The notes under the pieces: generated by a model
Database searches by the model: none
What the model saw: only the letters and a program-made list of their open reading frames with translations
Told to the model about the DNA's origin: nothing
Part shown: positions 43,041 to 56,580 of the stretch, one piece after another
How positions within the stretch are numbered: position 1 is the first letter of the stretch
How the letters are laid out: the number at the start of each line of letters is the position of its first letter
Made by a program: the position numbers and the translations under genes
DNA from: the human T2T-CHM13v2.0 reference genome, Homo sapiens
Direction: 5' to 3' (one strand)
Length of the DNA: 64,000 nt
Assembly (NCBI RefSeq): GCF_009914755.1
Contig: NC_060942.1

Positions 43041-44391
43041 TATTATTGCTTTATAGTAAGTTTTGAAAACAATAAAGCCTTTCTACTTATTTTTTTAAGT
43101 TTTTTTTTTTTGGTGATTATTGGTGCTTTGCATTTCCATATGTATTTTGGCATCAGCTTGTTAAGTTCAGCAAAATATATCTGCTAGGATCTTGATAGAG
43201 TTGTGTTAGATCTACAAAACTGCAGTTATTCAGATCACTGTTCCCATAGTTAACATATCAGTACTTGCTGACTACTCTCAAGGTATTATTTTTATATTTA
43301 GTTTTAATAAACTTAGCTACTATGTGTTTGATATGGATTATTTTTAGTTCATAATAGTTTGAAATCACTGAGTTTCTTAGGCTGTGTGTTTATGTGTTTC
43401 TCAAAATTTGGGAAGTTTTTAAACTACTGTATATTCAAATATTTTATCAGCTGAAAAACTTTCTTTTCTCCTTCTTTGATTACAATTACCTTAATGTTAG
43501 ACATTTTTTTAATGCCCAGGTCTTTGTTTTTTTTAATTCATTTTATTTCTGCCATTAAAATGGGATTGTTTCTCTTGATCTATCTTCAAATTCTTTTCTC
43601 TGTCATTTCTATTCTTCTATTTAGCCCACTAAGTATTTTATTTTGGCTACTGGATTTTTTATTCTAAAGCTTTCTTTTGCTCTTTTTTATATCTTCTGTT
43701 TCTTGTCTAAGATGTTCTATTTTTTTCTATTTTTTTTCAAGCATGTTTACAATTGCATGTTAGAAAATTTTGATGGCTGTTTTATAATTTTCGTTAATAA
43801 TTTTAATCTCTATTTCACCTCTGGGTTAATATCTATTGATTGTCTTTTCTCACTCAAGTTGAGATTTTCCAGTTCTTGATATGAATAGTAAATTTAGATT
43901 TTATTTGGATTTATATGGATATTTTTAGTATTACATATGAGACTGTTTTCTATTTTAATATTATATTTTAGCAGGCATTCTGCATGTTTTGGGTCAGTTT
44001 TGTGGAATGTGCTTTTTCAATTTGGTTTTTGAAGCCTTGCAGTGCTATTGTAATCTTCTCTATTTGGTGATATCCAGAGGCTCATCTGAAACCTGGGCAT
44101 TATACCATGCTGTAGTCCTGCTCTCAAAATTCTTGCAACTCCACACACTTTATCATTGAGAACAGGGAGACTGCTCTCTCTTTTCTGTTACTTGCTTATT
44201 TCTAAAAAGAGGTGAACACTATGACTTTATCTCCCCATTTTGAGAGGGGAAGGGGTATTATCCCTGTTGGCCTTAGTGTAGGGGGATGATTGACAAGCTC
44301 TGACCTAGAATCTCTGAAGCACTAGGTGGCATAAGAGTGGGCCCTCTCTCTTTCTGTTCTGATCTGTGGACAGCTCTATCGTCATATATAG

Positions 44392-44566
44392 CAAGGGTTG
44401 ACAAACTATGGCCTGTAGGCCAAATATGACCCGCTATCTAGTTTTGTAAGAAAGTTTTATTGAAACACAGTCATGCTTTATGCTACAAAGGCAGAATTGA
44501 GTAGTTCTAACAAACCACGTGACCAGCAAACATAAAACTATCTGGCTTCTGATGAAAAACATTTGC
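44392..44566 (+). mobile_element. MER58A hAT-Charlie MITE
   Basis: caagggttgacaaactatggcctgtaggccaaat...aaagttttattgaaacacagtcatgc...ggcagaattgagtagtt. Confidence 0.85.
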
Positions 44567-44569
44567 TTC

Positions 44570-44680
44570 AAAGAAAGAAAGAATAAAAGGAAGGAAGGAA
44601 GGAAGAGAGGGAGGGGGGAGGGAGGGAGCGAGGGAGGAAGGAAGGAAGGAGAAAAAAGAAAGAAAAAAAGGAAAAAAGTA
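44570..44680 (+). repeat. GA-rich polypurine tract ((GAAA)n/(GGAA)n/(GGGA)n)
   Basis: ~110 nt of almost pure purine. Confidence 0.9.
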
Positions 44681-44989
44681 ATTTGATGGAATTCATAATT
44701 GCACTACTGTGTTATCTCTTGAGTCAATTTCTCAAGACAGACTGCCTCGTCTTTTTTCCATCTCTCAGTGTTTTCTCATAGTTGGCTTTATACTTTTTCC
44801 AAAATTATAATTAGTGGGAAGAATAATATGGAATGTGCTTATTCCATTTTGTCTGAAATCAGAAGCCTATGAGGTTAATTTTTAATGGTTTATATAGATG
44901 AAGTCAGCAATGCACACTTATTATAGGCTTCAAATAATTTTCAAAAATAGCTTATCAAAAAATAAAGAAATAATGAAGCATAATGAATC

Positions 44990-47740
44990 AGATAAATCTG
45001 GGAAGTTGGCAATAACAAAGGAAGTATAGTGTTTGGACTTTCCCCTATTTCACCCAAGATAGAGCCACAAGACTGCAAAAAGTAAAAACTTATGAATGCA
45101 ATCTATAAGAAAGCTAGGCAATGGATTTTCTCATATACTCCAACTCTTAAGTCTGTAAGGACAAATCACCAATAGCTACAAGATTTGTGCAGTATCAGAA
45201 TCTGCAATGAAATAAGTAAGGGGAAACAATGGGGAATATGACCAACATGAGAACAAAATAATCTCAAAAGCTAAAAGATATTTATTGGAAAGATTGTCAG
45301 GCCAGTTTGAGAATAGCAACGGAAAATGAAATAGGTTCTGCCCCCTCCACTCGTAGCTAAACATAAGGGACTTGAGATAAGGCCTGAAGTGCCTGGACTA
45401 GTTCAGTCCTTATAAGCTTTTGAACGTGATCAGCTTAGGCTCCATTCTGACAGGACATATGACTGAGGAGAAAATTGCTAGGGGTAAAATCAAAGCTAAA
45501 TAGAATACAGTAACAGAGATAAAGGCAAGAGGAGATGTAAAGTGCAGAGGAGAGAAATAGAGCTAGGATAACTCATGGAGCAAGCTGTCATGCTTCTACT
45601 AACAATACACTAAACCAATAGAGAATGCAAATTCTTTATGTTGTAAAGGCTATCTAAATCAAGTCTCCATTTGCAAGTTTAGGACATTCAATTTTAAATA
45701 TAATTATACATTAGAAAAACATTCAGGCAAAATTTCATATAAAGTTATAAAGAAAAAGAAACTAAGAAGTAGAATGGCATTTCTCCAGTGAGTACAATGC
45801 CTGAATGGCATACTTAATAGATAAGTTGAAACTATAATGTACTATATTAAAATAGCTAAAATATATTGACAAAATTTAATACATGAAAGAACATAAGTTG
45901 GAATTAGAAGAACTCAGAAAATAAAAGTAAATATTAGTTTGAAAATTGGCTAAACTAGAAGAAATACAAAAGTAAATAAACACAACAAATAATATCTTTA
46001 GAAAAATTCAAATGTAAAGAAATTAAAAAAGATTCAAACAAGAAAGCTTTTGCAAAAAAATGAGAGACATTAAGTACAGAAAAGAAGATCAAAAATATGT
46101 ATAATGGGAGTCCTTAAAAAGAAAATCAAAGCAAGAAAAAAGAATAGATATTAAAATCTAGTTTTCAAGAAGTTTCTGAAATAGTTTAAAATGCCTTTTG
46201 AAAGAAAATAATGTGCACTTGACCCATCATGAACAACAGCAACATATGTTCTAGTTACAGTATCAGTCTTAAGAAAAGACAACAACCACAATATACTTTG
46301 TGCATGTAGGCAAAAAGAGTTATGAAATGTATGGAGATTATGAATTATATAAAAACATTGCAATATACCCCATACATGTATATGATTATTATTTGCCAAT
46401 AAAAAATAAATTTTATGAAAGAAAAAAGAGAGGAGAGAAACGTAGCAGAATCAATATTTGGAATATACTTGGCTAATAATTTTCCACATATAAAGAAATA
46501 TACCAATTTGAGGAGAACTATATTACAAAGATAAATACAAATAAATTTTCATCCATTTAAATTATAGTAAAATAGCAGAACATAGAAGACAAAAATAAAT
46601 CTGAAAATCAGTAAGAGGATGTTAGAAGTTTTTCAAGAGCAAGCATTAAACAGTCAGGTGATTTCTTAATAGCAACAATACAAATCTCAAAATAACATAC
46701 TAATACATTCGTACATTGATCAACTAAGGTTGCTTGTTTTAATTTTCAAGTTAACACCAAAAAATTAAAAATATATATATTTTTAATTTCTAAATTAGTA
46801 GAGGGAAAAATGGATTGAGAAAGAATAGTTAATACAGAAGAAAGAGAAAGAGAATACATAAAGAAACAAAGAATAAGAAGACAAAAACTAAGGTGATATA
46901 TATAAATCCATATTAGTAATTACATTAAATAAATATGGAATAAAACAAAAGATAAAGTATGTAGATGTAAATAAAACAATAAAAAAAGCAATGTATTTTT
47001 TATAATCGATACATTTAAAACAAGGAATCAGGATATGGAAAGTAAAGAAAGGTTATATATATATTAATATCAGTCCAAAGAAGCTTTAAGGCAAAAAAGT
47101 GCTCTACTAAAGATAAATGGGTCATGTTGCAGTATTATTTAATGAACCAGAAAGACATGACAATTTTAAAGTATATGTACTGCCAACATTGACTGAAAAT
47201 ACATAAAGCAAACTGATAAATATGTAAAAAGAAATATACATATCTACAAAGATAAAGATAGATTTTTAAAGCCTGTCAATAATTGATAGAACTAACATGC
47301 AAAAAGCTTTTTAAAATGATAAGCATATACAAGGTTTGAACAACATGCTTGACAAACCTGATGATGGACAAACTTGACCCAGTGGAATCCTTCAACCTAG
47401 CAACACAGAACACACATTAATTTCAAGGCTTTATGAAACCTTTAATAAAATTGAACATATAGTGCTTCATTATGCAACTCTCAACAAATTTTAAATTATT
47501 GAACTCATACAGAGCATGAGAATTCTCACGTTGATATCTGGGAAAGGGACAAGAGCATGTTTATGGACCAAAATTAAAATTAAGCTGTAATCAACCAAAA
47601 CCTAAACTGAAAGTTCTATTTTCTTGAAAAATAACATAATACACCTCTAAGTAACCCACAGTTCATAAAGAAATTATAATAGAGCATATAAAATATTAAA
47701 AGAAAGATAAAATTTTAAATCAAACTTGTGACATAAAACA
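44990..47740 (+). mobile_element. Mosaic of old HAL1/L1ME ORF1-ORF2 relics, plus a small L1MA 3' tip at ~46350-46420
   Basis: Extremely A-rich; taatgggagtcc, tattagtaattacattaaat (EN start), aaaatacataaagcaaaactga. Confidence 0.55.
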
Positions 47741-47744
47741 TAGT

Positions 47745-48245
47745 GCATTGGGTGTTGTATCGAAATGTCATTGCCATATCTAAGGTCATCCAGATTTTCT
47801 CATATGTAACCTTCTAGAAATATTATAATTTTGTGTATCACATTTAGGTCTATGATCTATGTTGAGTTAGTTTTTATGCCTAAATTATTAATTTTTTTAC
47901 CTGCGGATGTTCAGTTGTTCTAGCACTGTTTCTGGTAAAGACTATTCTTTTCCCATCAAAGTGTCCTTGCTCTTTCATCAAACATCATTTGACTATGTTG
48001 GTGTGGATCTATTTCTGGGCTCTCTATTCTGTTTCACTCATCTATTGGCCTCTTCTTTCACCAGTATCACACTGTCTTGATTACCATAGCTTTTATAGTA
48101 AGGCTTCAAATTGGATAGTATTAGTCCTTCTACTTTGTTCTTCATCAATATTATGTTGGCTCTCCTGAATCATTTACCTTTGCATATCAACTTTAGAATT
48201 AGTTATCAATATCCACAAAGTAACTTACTGGGATTTTGATTGGGT
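47745..48245 (-). mobile_element. L1MC-type ORF2 fragment
   Basis: catttaggtctatgatc, ggatgttcagttgttctagcac, gtggatctatttctgggctctctattctgtt. Confidence 0.8.
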
Positions 48246-48657
48246 AAATACACATTTTCCAGGTCATAACATTCCTTCTTAGCACTAAGACTCTAAATAA
48301 CTTGGGGTCTTTGTGAAACTCTTTCTCTTCAGTCAGACATAAATTGATCCATTCTCTGACTTTCAAGTTGTGTAAACAATCACACATTTCACAAGATACT
48401 CTGTGAAAATCTTTTCTGCATAGAAACAGGTGAGATCCTTTTAAAGCATCATTTGGGAAGAAATTGTTCCCCACAAGTCAATTTTCCATAGTTGAAAATT
48501 CCTTCTAAGAGGTCCTTAGATTTCAAGGTGCTCTGGAATCCTATTAAGGAAAGCTTAGCCTGCCTCAACCCTCCAATTCTTACTCTCTTCCCTCTCTCAG
48601 CTTTTTGTGCAAAACTAGATAAGACTTTATCATTTAAAATAGAAAAATAAAGGTGGA

Positions 48658-49365
48658 TATGTGCCACATTTTCTTAATCCAGTCTATCATTGTTGGACAT
48701 TTGGGTTGGTTCCAAGTCTTTGCTATTGTGAATAGTGCCACAATAAATATACGTGTGCATGTGTCGTTATAGCAGCATGTTTTATAATCCTTTGGGTATA
48801 TACCCAGTAATGGGATGGCTGGGTCAAATGGTGTTTCTAGTTCTAGATCCCTGAGGAATTGCCACACTGTCTTCCACAATGGTTGAACCAGTTTACAGTC
48901 CCACCAACAGTGTAAAAGTGTTCCTATTTCTCCACATCCTCTCCAGCACCTGTTGTTTCCTGACTTTTTAATGATTGCCATTCTAACTGGTGTGAGATGG
49001 TATACGCCATGGAATACTATGCAGCCATAAAAAATGATGAGTTCATGTCCTTTGTAGGGACATGGATGAAGCTGGAAACCATCATTCTCAGCAAACTATC
49101 GCAAGGACAAAAAAACAAACACCGCATGTTCTCACTCATAGGTGGGAATTGAACTATGAGAACACATGGACACAGGAAGGGGAACATCACACACTGAGGC
49201 CTGTTGTGGGGTCGAGGGATGGGGGAGGGATAGCATTAGGAGATATACCTAAGGTTAAATGACGAGTTAATGGGTGCAGCACACCAACATGGCAAACGTA
49301 TACATATGTAACTAACCTGCATGTTGTGCACATGTACCCCAAAACTTAAAGTATAATAAAAAAAA
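48658..49365 (+). mobile_element. L1PA (L1PA4-like) 5'-truncated, 5'-inverted insertion; TSD agaaaaa(t/g)aaaggtgga
   Basis: 48658-49003 is antisense ORF2 C-terminus (gives ORF 48634..48981, [18 protein letters not shown]); 49001-49365 is sense ORF2 end, 3'UTR and poly-A; 17-bp TSD with one mismatch at 48641-48657 and 49366-49382. Confidence 0.95.
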
Positions 49366-51302
49366 AGAAAAAGAAAGGTGGAATATAAGTTTCTAGGATA
49401 AAAGAGGACACCTAACCCTTGGGTAGAAGAGAAGGTAGCAGAAGTCCTATAAAAAGTACAAGGGGTGGACAAACAGACAATATAGGGAATAAACAAAACC
49501 AAAAAAAGTTTCACAAAATGCTGAGGAGGGGCTGAGTGGAAATTTTATTGCTTATTCTGAAACTAGGGATAGGGACGGGTGGTCCAGAGAGAAGATGGTG
49601 GGACAGAGTTGGGATCTACCCAACTATGTCTAGGGAATGTCATTTAGAGAAACGAAGGTGTGGATTCAGTATCAACCTCTCTAACAGAGGTGCAGACTTG
49701 GAGAGTGACGTGAAAATTAATAAAAATGGTACTTCCCACAGGCCCAGTTTTCAGACTGTCAAACCACTCAGTATGCTGGGAGGCTCTCTTACTGGGATGG
49801 TGCACAGAGGAGGAACTTCTGTAAGTTGAAGGCCTTCCACACCAGAAGATATGTTGTAAAATTGCCAAATTATTTTTTCATGTTAGTAATAAATATTTTT
49901 TGTTGAAATAGCTCTAAATTGATCTACATAGTATTTAAATGTAATGCTTTAAGTAAGGAGGTATTCAATAACTTGTTGAATTGCTTTAACTATGTTTGTT
50001 ATGAAGAGCATCAATTAAAGTTTTTTTGGTTACTTGGGGTTATCATTATCAGCACACTTATTGACTTGCACCATAATGCAGCTGTCTCCTCAGGGTCTCT
50101 ATTGAGGTATGAGCAGCTATTTGTTCTGTCACTAATTCCCATTTGAGTGCTTTTGGAGTTGTTTTTGTTCCTTCACATGCCTTGCTGGAAGTGTTCATTT
50201 CTTTGTTGTATTCTTAAGTCTATCAATCTTGCCTAACTCTGTGCAATTGATTGCTTTTAGTTTCAGTATGTTGGGATAGCTAATCATTAAATTTATTAAG
50301 TATTGTTTGTAAAATATAAACTCATAGAGTGTGAGCTTTTGAGACAGGGTTATTCTGCTGTGGACTTCACAATCCATTAGTGAGTTGGGAAGTCGATTTA
50401 GCAAGCAGGACTCACTTTTGTTATTTAAAAAAATAGAATATAATTGAATTGAAAAATATAATTGAAAATATTATTCATTTACATGTGATAAATGCAAATG
50501 TTTTATAAAATTCATAGTAATAGAAGATGTAAACTATGAGTTGTTATTTGAATGTAATCTATGGGGACAAATAATTAAATGTGTCTCAGGGCAATGAATT
50601 TTAGATAGATATCTTTTTTTCTTATTTCTTATAATTTCTTGATTTCTTTTCAGGTACTTGAGTGATTAAGTTCTCCATACAAAAACCCTCCCTCTTAGGG
50701 TTACTGTCATTAGGGAAGGGCCCCATGAAACCTGCAGTGTCTACAATTGAGTTACTTTTAAAGAACAACTGCTACTGAGAGATGGAGAATCCGTACAAAG
50801 CTCTCATTCTCTTGAGGCAGTGGTTATGACAGGGACCCACTTGTTAGGAGTCTCAGAAGTGGGAGAAGTCTTAGAGACAAAGAATGGAAAGGGACAAGAC
50901 CCTCTCTCACGCACGCAGCATTTAAGGTAGAAATGTGGATTTCGACTGCTTTCATTTTGGAAAAAGGCTTTACTTTGTTGTTCTAGGAGCAGGGAATTAG
51001 CCTCAGAAAAAGAATAGAGGCTTCTCTAGGTACGATTTCAGCCACACTGTCAGACAAGGGCATAACTGGTGTCTTTGAGGTTGCTTTTGTGCTCTGTCCA
51101 GCTCACCATGGTAGGAAGTCTGATGGGGATCCTGCGCAGGGGCCTATAGTTTTAACAAAAATAATTAGAGGACATTATTGCATTTCTCTAAGACTTAAGC
51201 ACGAGGGCAGAAGGTGCATAGGCAGGCCAGGTTAAAACATAGGAATGGAAACTTTCAACTCTGAAGACAGGATAGATATTTAAATATTTATCAAATAAAA
51301 AT

Positions 51303-51327
51303 ATGATGATGATGATGATGATGATGG
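51303..51327 (+). repeat. (ATG)8 trinucleotide microsatellite
   Basis: atgatgatgatgatgatgatgatgg; explains the poly-Met and poly-Ile ORFs. Confidence 0.95.
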
Positions 51328-52794
51328 TTTTACTGGCCTTACTCCTTCTAGCACCTCTCAGAGGAAGTACAGATTTTGCTATAACTTTTGATATTTCTTT
51401 CCAAGCCCCTTTACTACTCTCTTTTTGCTTCCTAATATTTTGTTCAACCTTAAAGAAAACCAACAAAAAAGTTATTATTTTTATCATAAATATTATTAAT
51501 GTCTTAAGTTAAACTTTTTTGATGCCTGCATTGTAAAAGTCACCAGGTTGAATACGTTGGAAGACACAAAACTAGGTACACACTTGTTCAAGAAGTATAG
51601 AATGTGGATGGAGAGGGCTGATGGAGGGAGCAGCCCTGCATTTCCCCGGTAGTCCAAACATATCAAAACATAATCCATTCCTTTGCAGCTTGTTGAAGAA
51701 AGTATAAGCTAGCCACAGGGTTCATGTTTAGCTATTAAGCACTTTTATAACAATGAGAAGTGCCTTTTTCGAGATGTAACTTTCAACAGTTTGTTTCTGG
51801 GCAGATTTCCTGTGTCAGTATCCCCACTCTCTTCCTTTGCATTAATCAAGTTGTTTGGTAGAGGTAGAATCTAAGTGTTTGTGTGTCCAATTTACTTTGA
51901 GGTATAAACCATTGCTGTGCCCATTCAGTGTTTGATGCATAATTAGACCTTGAATCAATAAGTGTAAATACAGCATTTGATCTGTAATGCTTCTTTACAA
52001 AGGTTTTTATTTTAATAATAAAACATTTTGTTCTAAAAAAAATCAAAAACAGAAAACAACTCACGCATGTACTTATTTTTAAGAAGACACAGAAGGCAAG
52101 ACATTTTGTTTTTCTTTCTCTCATTTTATCTGCTAGATGACTGCCCTTCTAATACTAAGACCTACATAAAACGAATTAGTATTAAAAACATCAAGCTTGA
52201 TGGCAAAAGTGAGTATTATAGCCATTTTTTACACCAACTTTTTATGACTTCTTACTGTGAGTTTCCCTGGAATAGATCTAGGTGTTCAACAAATTGGGAG
52301 GCATGATTTCTTCCATGAATAATACAAAACCTCAAAAAAGATTTTCCTAGAAACTCAGCTATCATTAGAATTATTCAAAGAATGAAAACTTCTCTTGAAA
52401 GGAATTCCCAATAGCTCATTTGCTATGTAAACAAATCACATGGCCTGAAGGTATGGTTGGAGTATATAAAATATTAAAATGTTGATACCTGATAGATTCT
52501 AGGAAGAAATTTAAATTTATAGGCAAGCATTTCCTGGAGCGGGGGTAGACCCTTATGGTTCAATGAGTCTTGCATTAAAAATAACAAAGGAAGATAAATT
52601 AGCCCAGAGGATACTGTAGGCATGAATTTTATGCCCAATATCACTATGGCTGCAGTGCTGGGCACCACTTTGCTCTTCTGGAGTTGTGGAAAATGAGGAT
52701 TATATCTACCAATCAATTCATGGAGATGCAGCTAATTTGTACCATTAAAAAGAACGTGAAAAAGAGGTAAGGAATATGAATGGAATATGGAAGT

Positions 52795-52970
52795 GAGTGA
52801 TAATAGTACATCATTAATATAAAATTTGTCATTATATTTGACAAATATAAAATTTGTCAATTGTACTGAGTCCTCTCAGTACAATTACCATGCTAAGTGC
52901 TTTTGTGTGCATTAGTTAATTTAATCTTTGAGATAAAACTCCAACATAGTTTCTAGTTTTACTTCTAAAA
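52795..52970 (-). mobile_element. MIR relic carrying local fold-back duplications
   Basis: taatagtac...actgagt...catgctaagtgcttt...tgcattagttaatttaatctt. Confidence 0.5.
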
Positions 52971-53434
52971 AGCAAGAGCTATCAGGAGCCCAGGTGAGGC
53001 CCAGTTTGCTCGCTGTTTAATAAAGTGGTTTATTCTGTTTGGTAGGTGTGGCTGCGGGTAACACTGGGGACTAGGCATGTCCTGTGTCAAAAGTTCCAGG
53101 CAGTGAGTGGATTCAAAATAGGTCTTCATATAGAATTGGAAATATAAGGTATAGGATTCTGCTTCTAGGTGAGCAAAGCTGGAAAGTGCTAGACATGCTG
53201 TGAGAGTCCCAAAGAGCTCCCATTCAGAGAGGGACCTTTACACAGACATTCAAAATAGTACACAGAAAATAGGTAGGAGATGTGGCAGAGGCAATCCTCA
53301 GCATGATGAGATTTATGAGCTGACTGCAACTCACCAGACCCAGGAGGCTCAGGGGGTCAGAAGATTCATTTTAAATCTAGCACATGATTTCACTGAGTCC
53401 TCTGATACCCTAATATTATCTCACCCTACCTTAA

Positions 53435-53628
53435 GTGCTTAGCAACAAACCTATAAAGGAGTCATTTATTATCATAACCATCACCATCATCATTATTATC
53501 AGTCTTTACCAATAAGGGAATTGTGTCTTAGAGAGGTTAGGCAACATGCTCAAGGTCACTAGTAAGAGTAGAGAATCAGGATTTGAAATCAAGTTGTCTG
53601 AATCTAGAGAGATTCTCTTAATGACCAC
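53435..53628 (-). mobile_element. MIR (MIRb-like)
   Basis: tcttagagaggttaggcaacatgctcaaggtcac...aggatttgaaatcaagttgtctgaatctaga. Confidence 0.75.
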
Positions 53629-53654
53629 CAGCTTATCCAAATAAAAGCACCAGG

Positions 53655-53812
53655 CTCATTCATTCATTCAGTAAACCAATATTCATAGAGTATCTGCTAT
53701 GTGCCAACCACTGTGCTAGGTGCTAAGTATTAGCTGCTCATTAAGAGTTGGTTTTCTAAGTGAATGAATGAATGAATGAGCAAATTGAATGAATGAATAA
53801 ATGAATGAATAT
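53655..53812. mobile_element. L2 3' end (antisense) followed by a (TGAA)n tail
   Basis: tcattcattcattca...gagtatctgctatgtgccaaccactgtgctaggtgct; tgaatgaatgaatga at 53761-53810. Confidence 0.7.
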
Positions 53813-56580
53813 ACTGCCATTTGTGAATGCATAACTTAGAATATACCAATTTGAAACTATGACATTTTGATTAAGCTGTTCTACTTCTACTGGACACCAT
53901 AGTATAAGATCACACTCTTGTTGGTAGAAGCAGACTCTTGCACAGGGGTTGGCTCTGTTCTCACTGTCAATTACCCTTGACACAAAGCCTATCTTTAATT
54001 AGGGAATGAGGAATGGTAAAGTAGGCATTAGACCACAGTGAAAGCAGATTTCCTTTTTTTTTTTTTTCCGGCTCTAGGCAGATGGTCTGGACTTGGCAGC
54101 AAAGATGTTCAGGACACTACAAGCATTGTTCATAGCTGTTCCTGACACATGGAAGTGGATCCTCTAGATAGTTCTGATTCTCCAAATTTAGTTGTCCTAT
54201 ATAACTTATACTTAGGTCTTGACTTTCATTCATTATTGAACATTGAGTAAATTTTTATTATAGGTAACAGCTTAGCCTTGGCAATTTATAGTGAGGCCAA
54301 GGGGAACCCAGGAAATCCTTCCTAGGCAGGGGAAGAGGTTGTGATGTTTCCTTGGTTCTCAGTGGAGTGGAGATCTCATAGGACAGCACAGAAGAGGGCA
54401 GTGTTATGGCAGTCTTATGACTACATGAGAGCAGAGGGAAATGGGGAACTGCTTCTAAGCACAGTGAGCAGCACTCAGGAGAGCCCATATATTTATACAG
54501 TCAGGGGTGGGGAGTTAGGGGATAGGAAGTTGAGAGAAGTTAATCCACACAAATATTATTTAATTTTGTAGTCACTTGCTGATGTATATAGAGTAAATAC
54601 AACCTCATGCCTGACATAGTTGCTAACTGTGGAACCATGGTACAGTGAACCGAGCTGATCTCTGGCAGCCAGGAGGCTTAGGCTCTCCTCAGGGAATGGA
54701 TGGGTTAATTACCATCTCTTTCTTTGAAGCCAGGATTGATGATGTTCACATGTGAGACACTGGAAGCCAAAGCCTTGTATTCATTTCTCATTCCCAACAC
54801 TAGCCAAAGCTTACTTCTTTCTTTTCCACTTAACAAAGCATATAGGAATCCAAGGAAAGTGTGAAGCTATTAAAGGATAATCTTAATTATTTCTAATTTA
54901 AATGTAAAATAGGTGTTCACAAAGTATTAATGAATATGAGACAATGACATGGAGAAAAATAATCTATAAGATGTCTGCCTGGCTTATCAATCCATGCCTA
55001 CTCATTTTCAGATCAATTGGTATGAGAAGTCTGTCACAGGAAGAAGTAAGGAAAAGAGAGAGAGAAATTAGGCAAGATTTTGTGAATCCATCCAGATATT
55101 GGGAGGTCAGGAGGAACACAAGTAAAGACTAGGAAGCTATGCCAGGCAACCAGTGCACAAGCTGTGTGTCACAGGAAGGGTCAAGCTGTGGTCACAGGTG
55201 ACAGAGAGAATAGGGCATGAATATCTTCCAGGCTCCATGGACGTTCAGGGAAGGCCACCAAATGTGCTAGTCTCTCTTTCCCATGAATGAAATTGTTCTT
55301 AATGAGAAGTCAAAATGGAAAATAAAAATAACAAATTTTATTCAAATCTACATTCTTAGTTTCTGTGTCACCCAGGACCCAGGCAGTTTCATCATCCTTC
55401 GCCCATTGCTGAGTGGATTCTATATGGGGGGTGGGGAGGGCCTGTGATTTGATCCAAAACCTCCACTAATAATTGCTCTTTCTTGATTTCACTTTGTCTC
55501 TCAACACACTTTGAAGTCAGTAGATCAGTGTTACCTACTGAGGAAGAAAAATGGAAGCACACAAACTTGGGGACACTCACTCACTACCAGATGGATGATG
55601 GACCAGGGAAAAAGCAGAACTGCAAACCTGCCATAGGTTTGACCATTCTTTAGAATTGTCTCATTTTTGGCGCTGGCCTCAAGAGTAAAAGGACACATGA
55701 AGGTATTTCACCTCTGTTAAGCTTATAACCTGGGGCAGGCTCCCTGGGGTGGGACATCTTAAACTGAATTCATGCTTTTTGGTGGGGTCAGGAGATTTTC
55801 ACTGGGAAGTGTGACTTTCACTTCTGACAAGCAACGACATTGCTTGATCAGCACGTAATTCTTAGGAAAAAAACATTTGGCTGAGCTAAATGGAAAAGCA
55901 TCAGGCACAGACAGATTAAATTTTCCTTTAAATAAACATAGCCTTTCAAAGAGGCAAGAAAAACGTTTGGAGCAAAACATGCTGGGCATGAAAATTTCCG
56001 CTGAAACATCTACCCACCCTGAGCAAGAACAAGAAGTATTCCTTTGTTAAACCGATAAGAATGTTTAAAGGTGTTTGTGCTGAAAGGCAGAGGTGTGGCT
56101 CTCTAATGCCACATCCCATACTCCTCAGGTCTCCCTGAGTATCTACACGCAGCAATTTTTTAATTAAATGACTAGGATTTGGGATACTTGAAGTTTGCCC
56201 AGCCTTCAGCTTCACTATAAAGGTGATAAAGAAATTCCTCTCCCTAAAGGCACCAGGAGGTTCTTCATATTAAGTGTAATGGCTCTGTTTTAGTCTGATC
56301 ACTTTGTATCACAAAATACTGTTGATCAGTTTGCTTCTTAGAACTTCATAAAACATAAAACTTTTTACCAGGTTTTCATGCAAGTATGTCTTATCCATTG
56401 TCTTTCTGTTTCCATTATGTGCCCTTTTTCTTCTGTCCCAAACCCACTTCTTTCCCTCTACATTTTATCTCAGGGCTCCAAATGAGAAAACCAAGAATTT
56501 TAGATATCATTTCCATTGTCAATCACATGCCATTAATCATCAAGTTCAAACAATTTTGCCCTTTTCCTCAAATGTGTATA

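Larger units (their letters stand above)
43290..44870 (-). mobile_element. Old L1M ORF1/5' region relic
   Basis: T-rich; aaaatttgggaagtttt...; terminal tattccattttgtctgaaatcagaag resembles old L1M 5' ends. Confidence 0.55.

Noticed and set aside
48634-48981. 115-aa Cys-rich ORF
   Set aside because: It is the L1 ORF2 C-terminus within the inverted L1PA segment, not a host gene.
51188-51512. Poly-Met ORF resembling a signal peptide
   Set aside because: Produced by the (ATG)8 microsatellite and T-rich flank; no splice or homology support.
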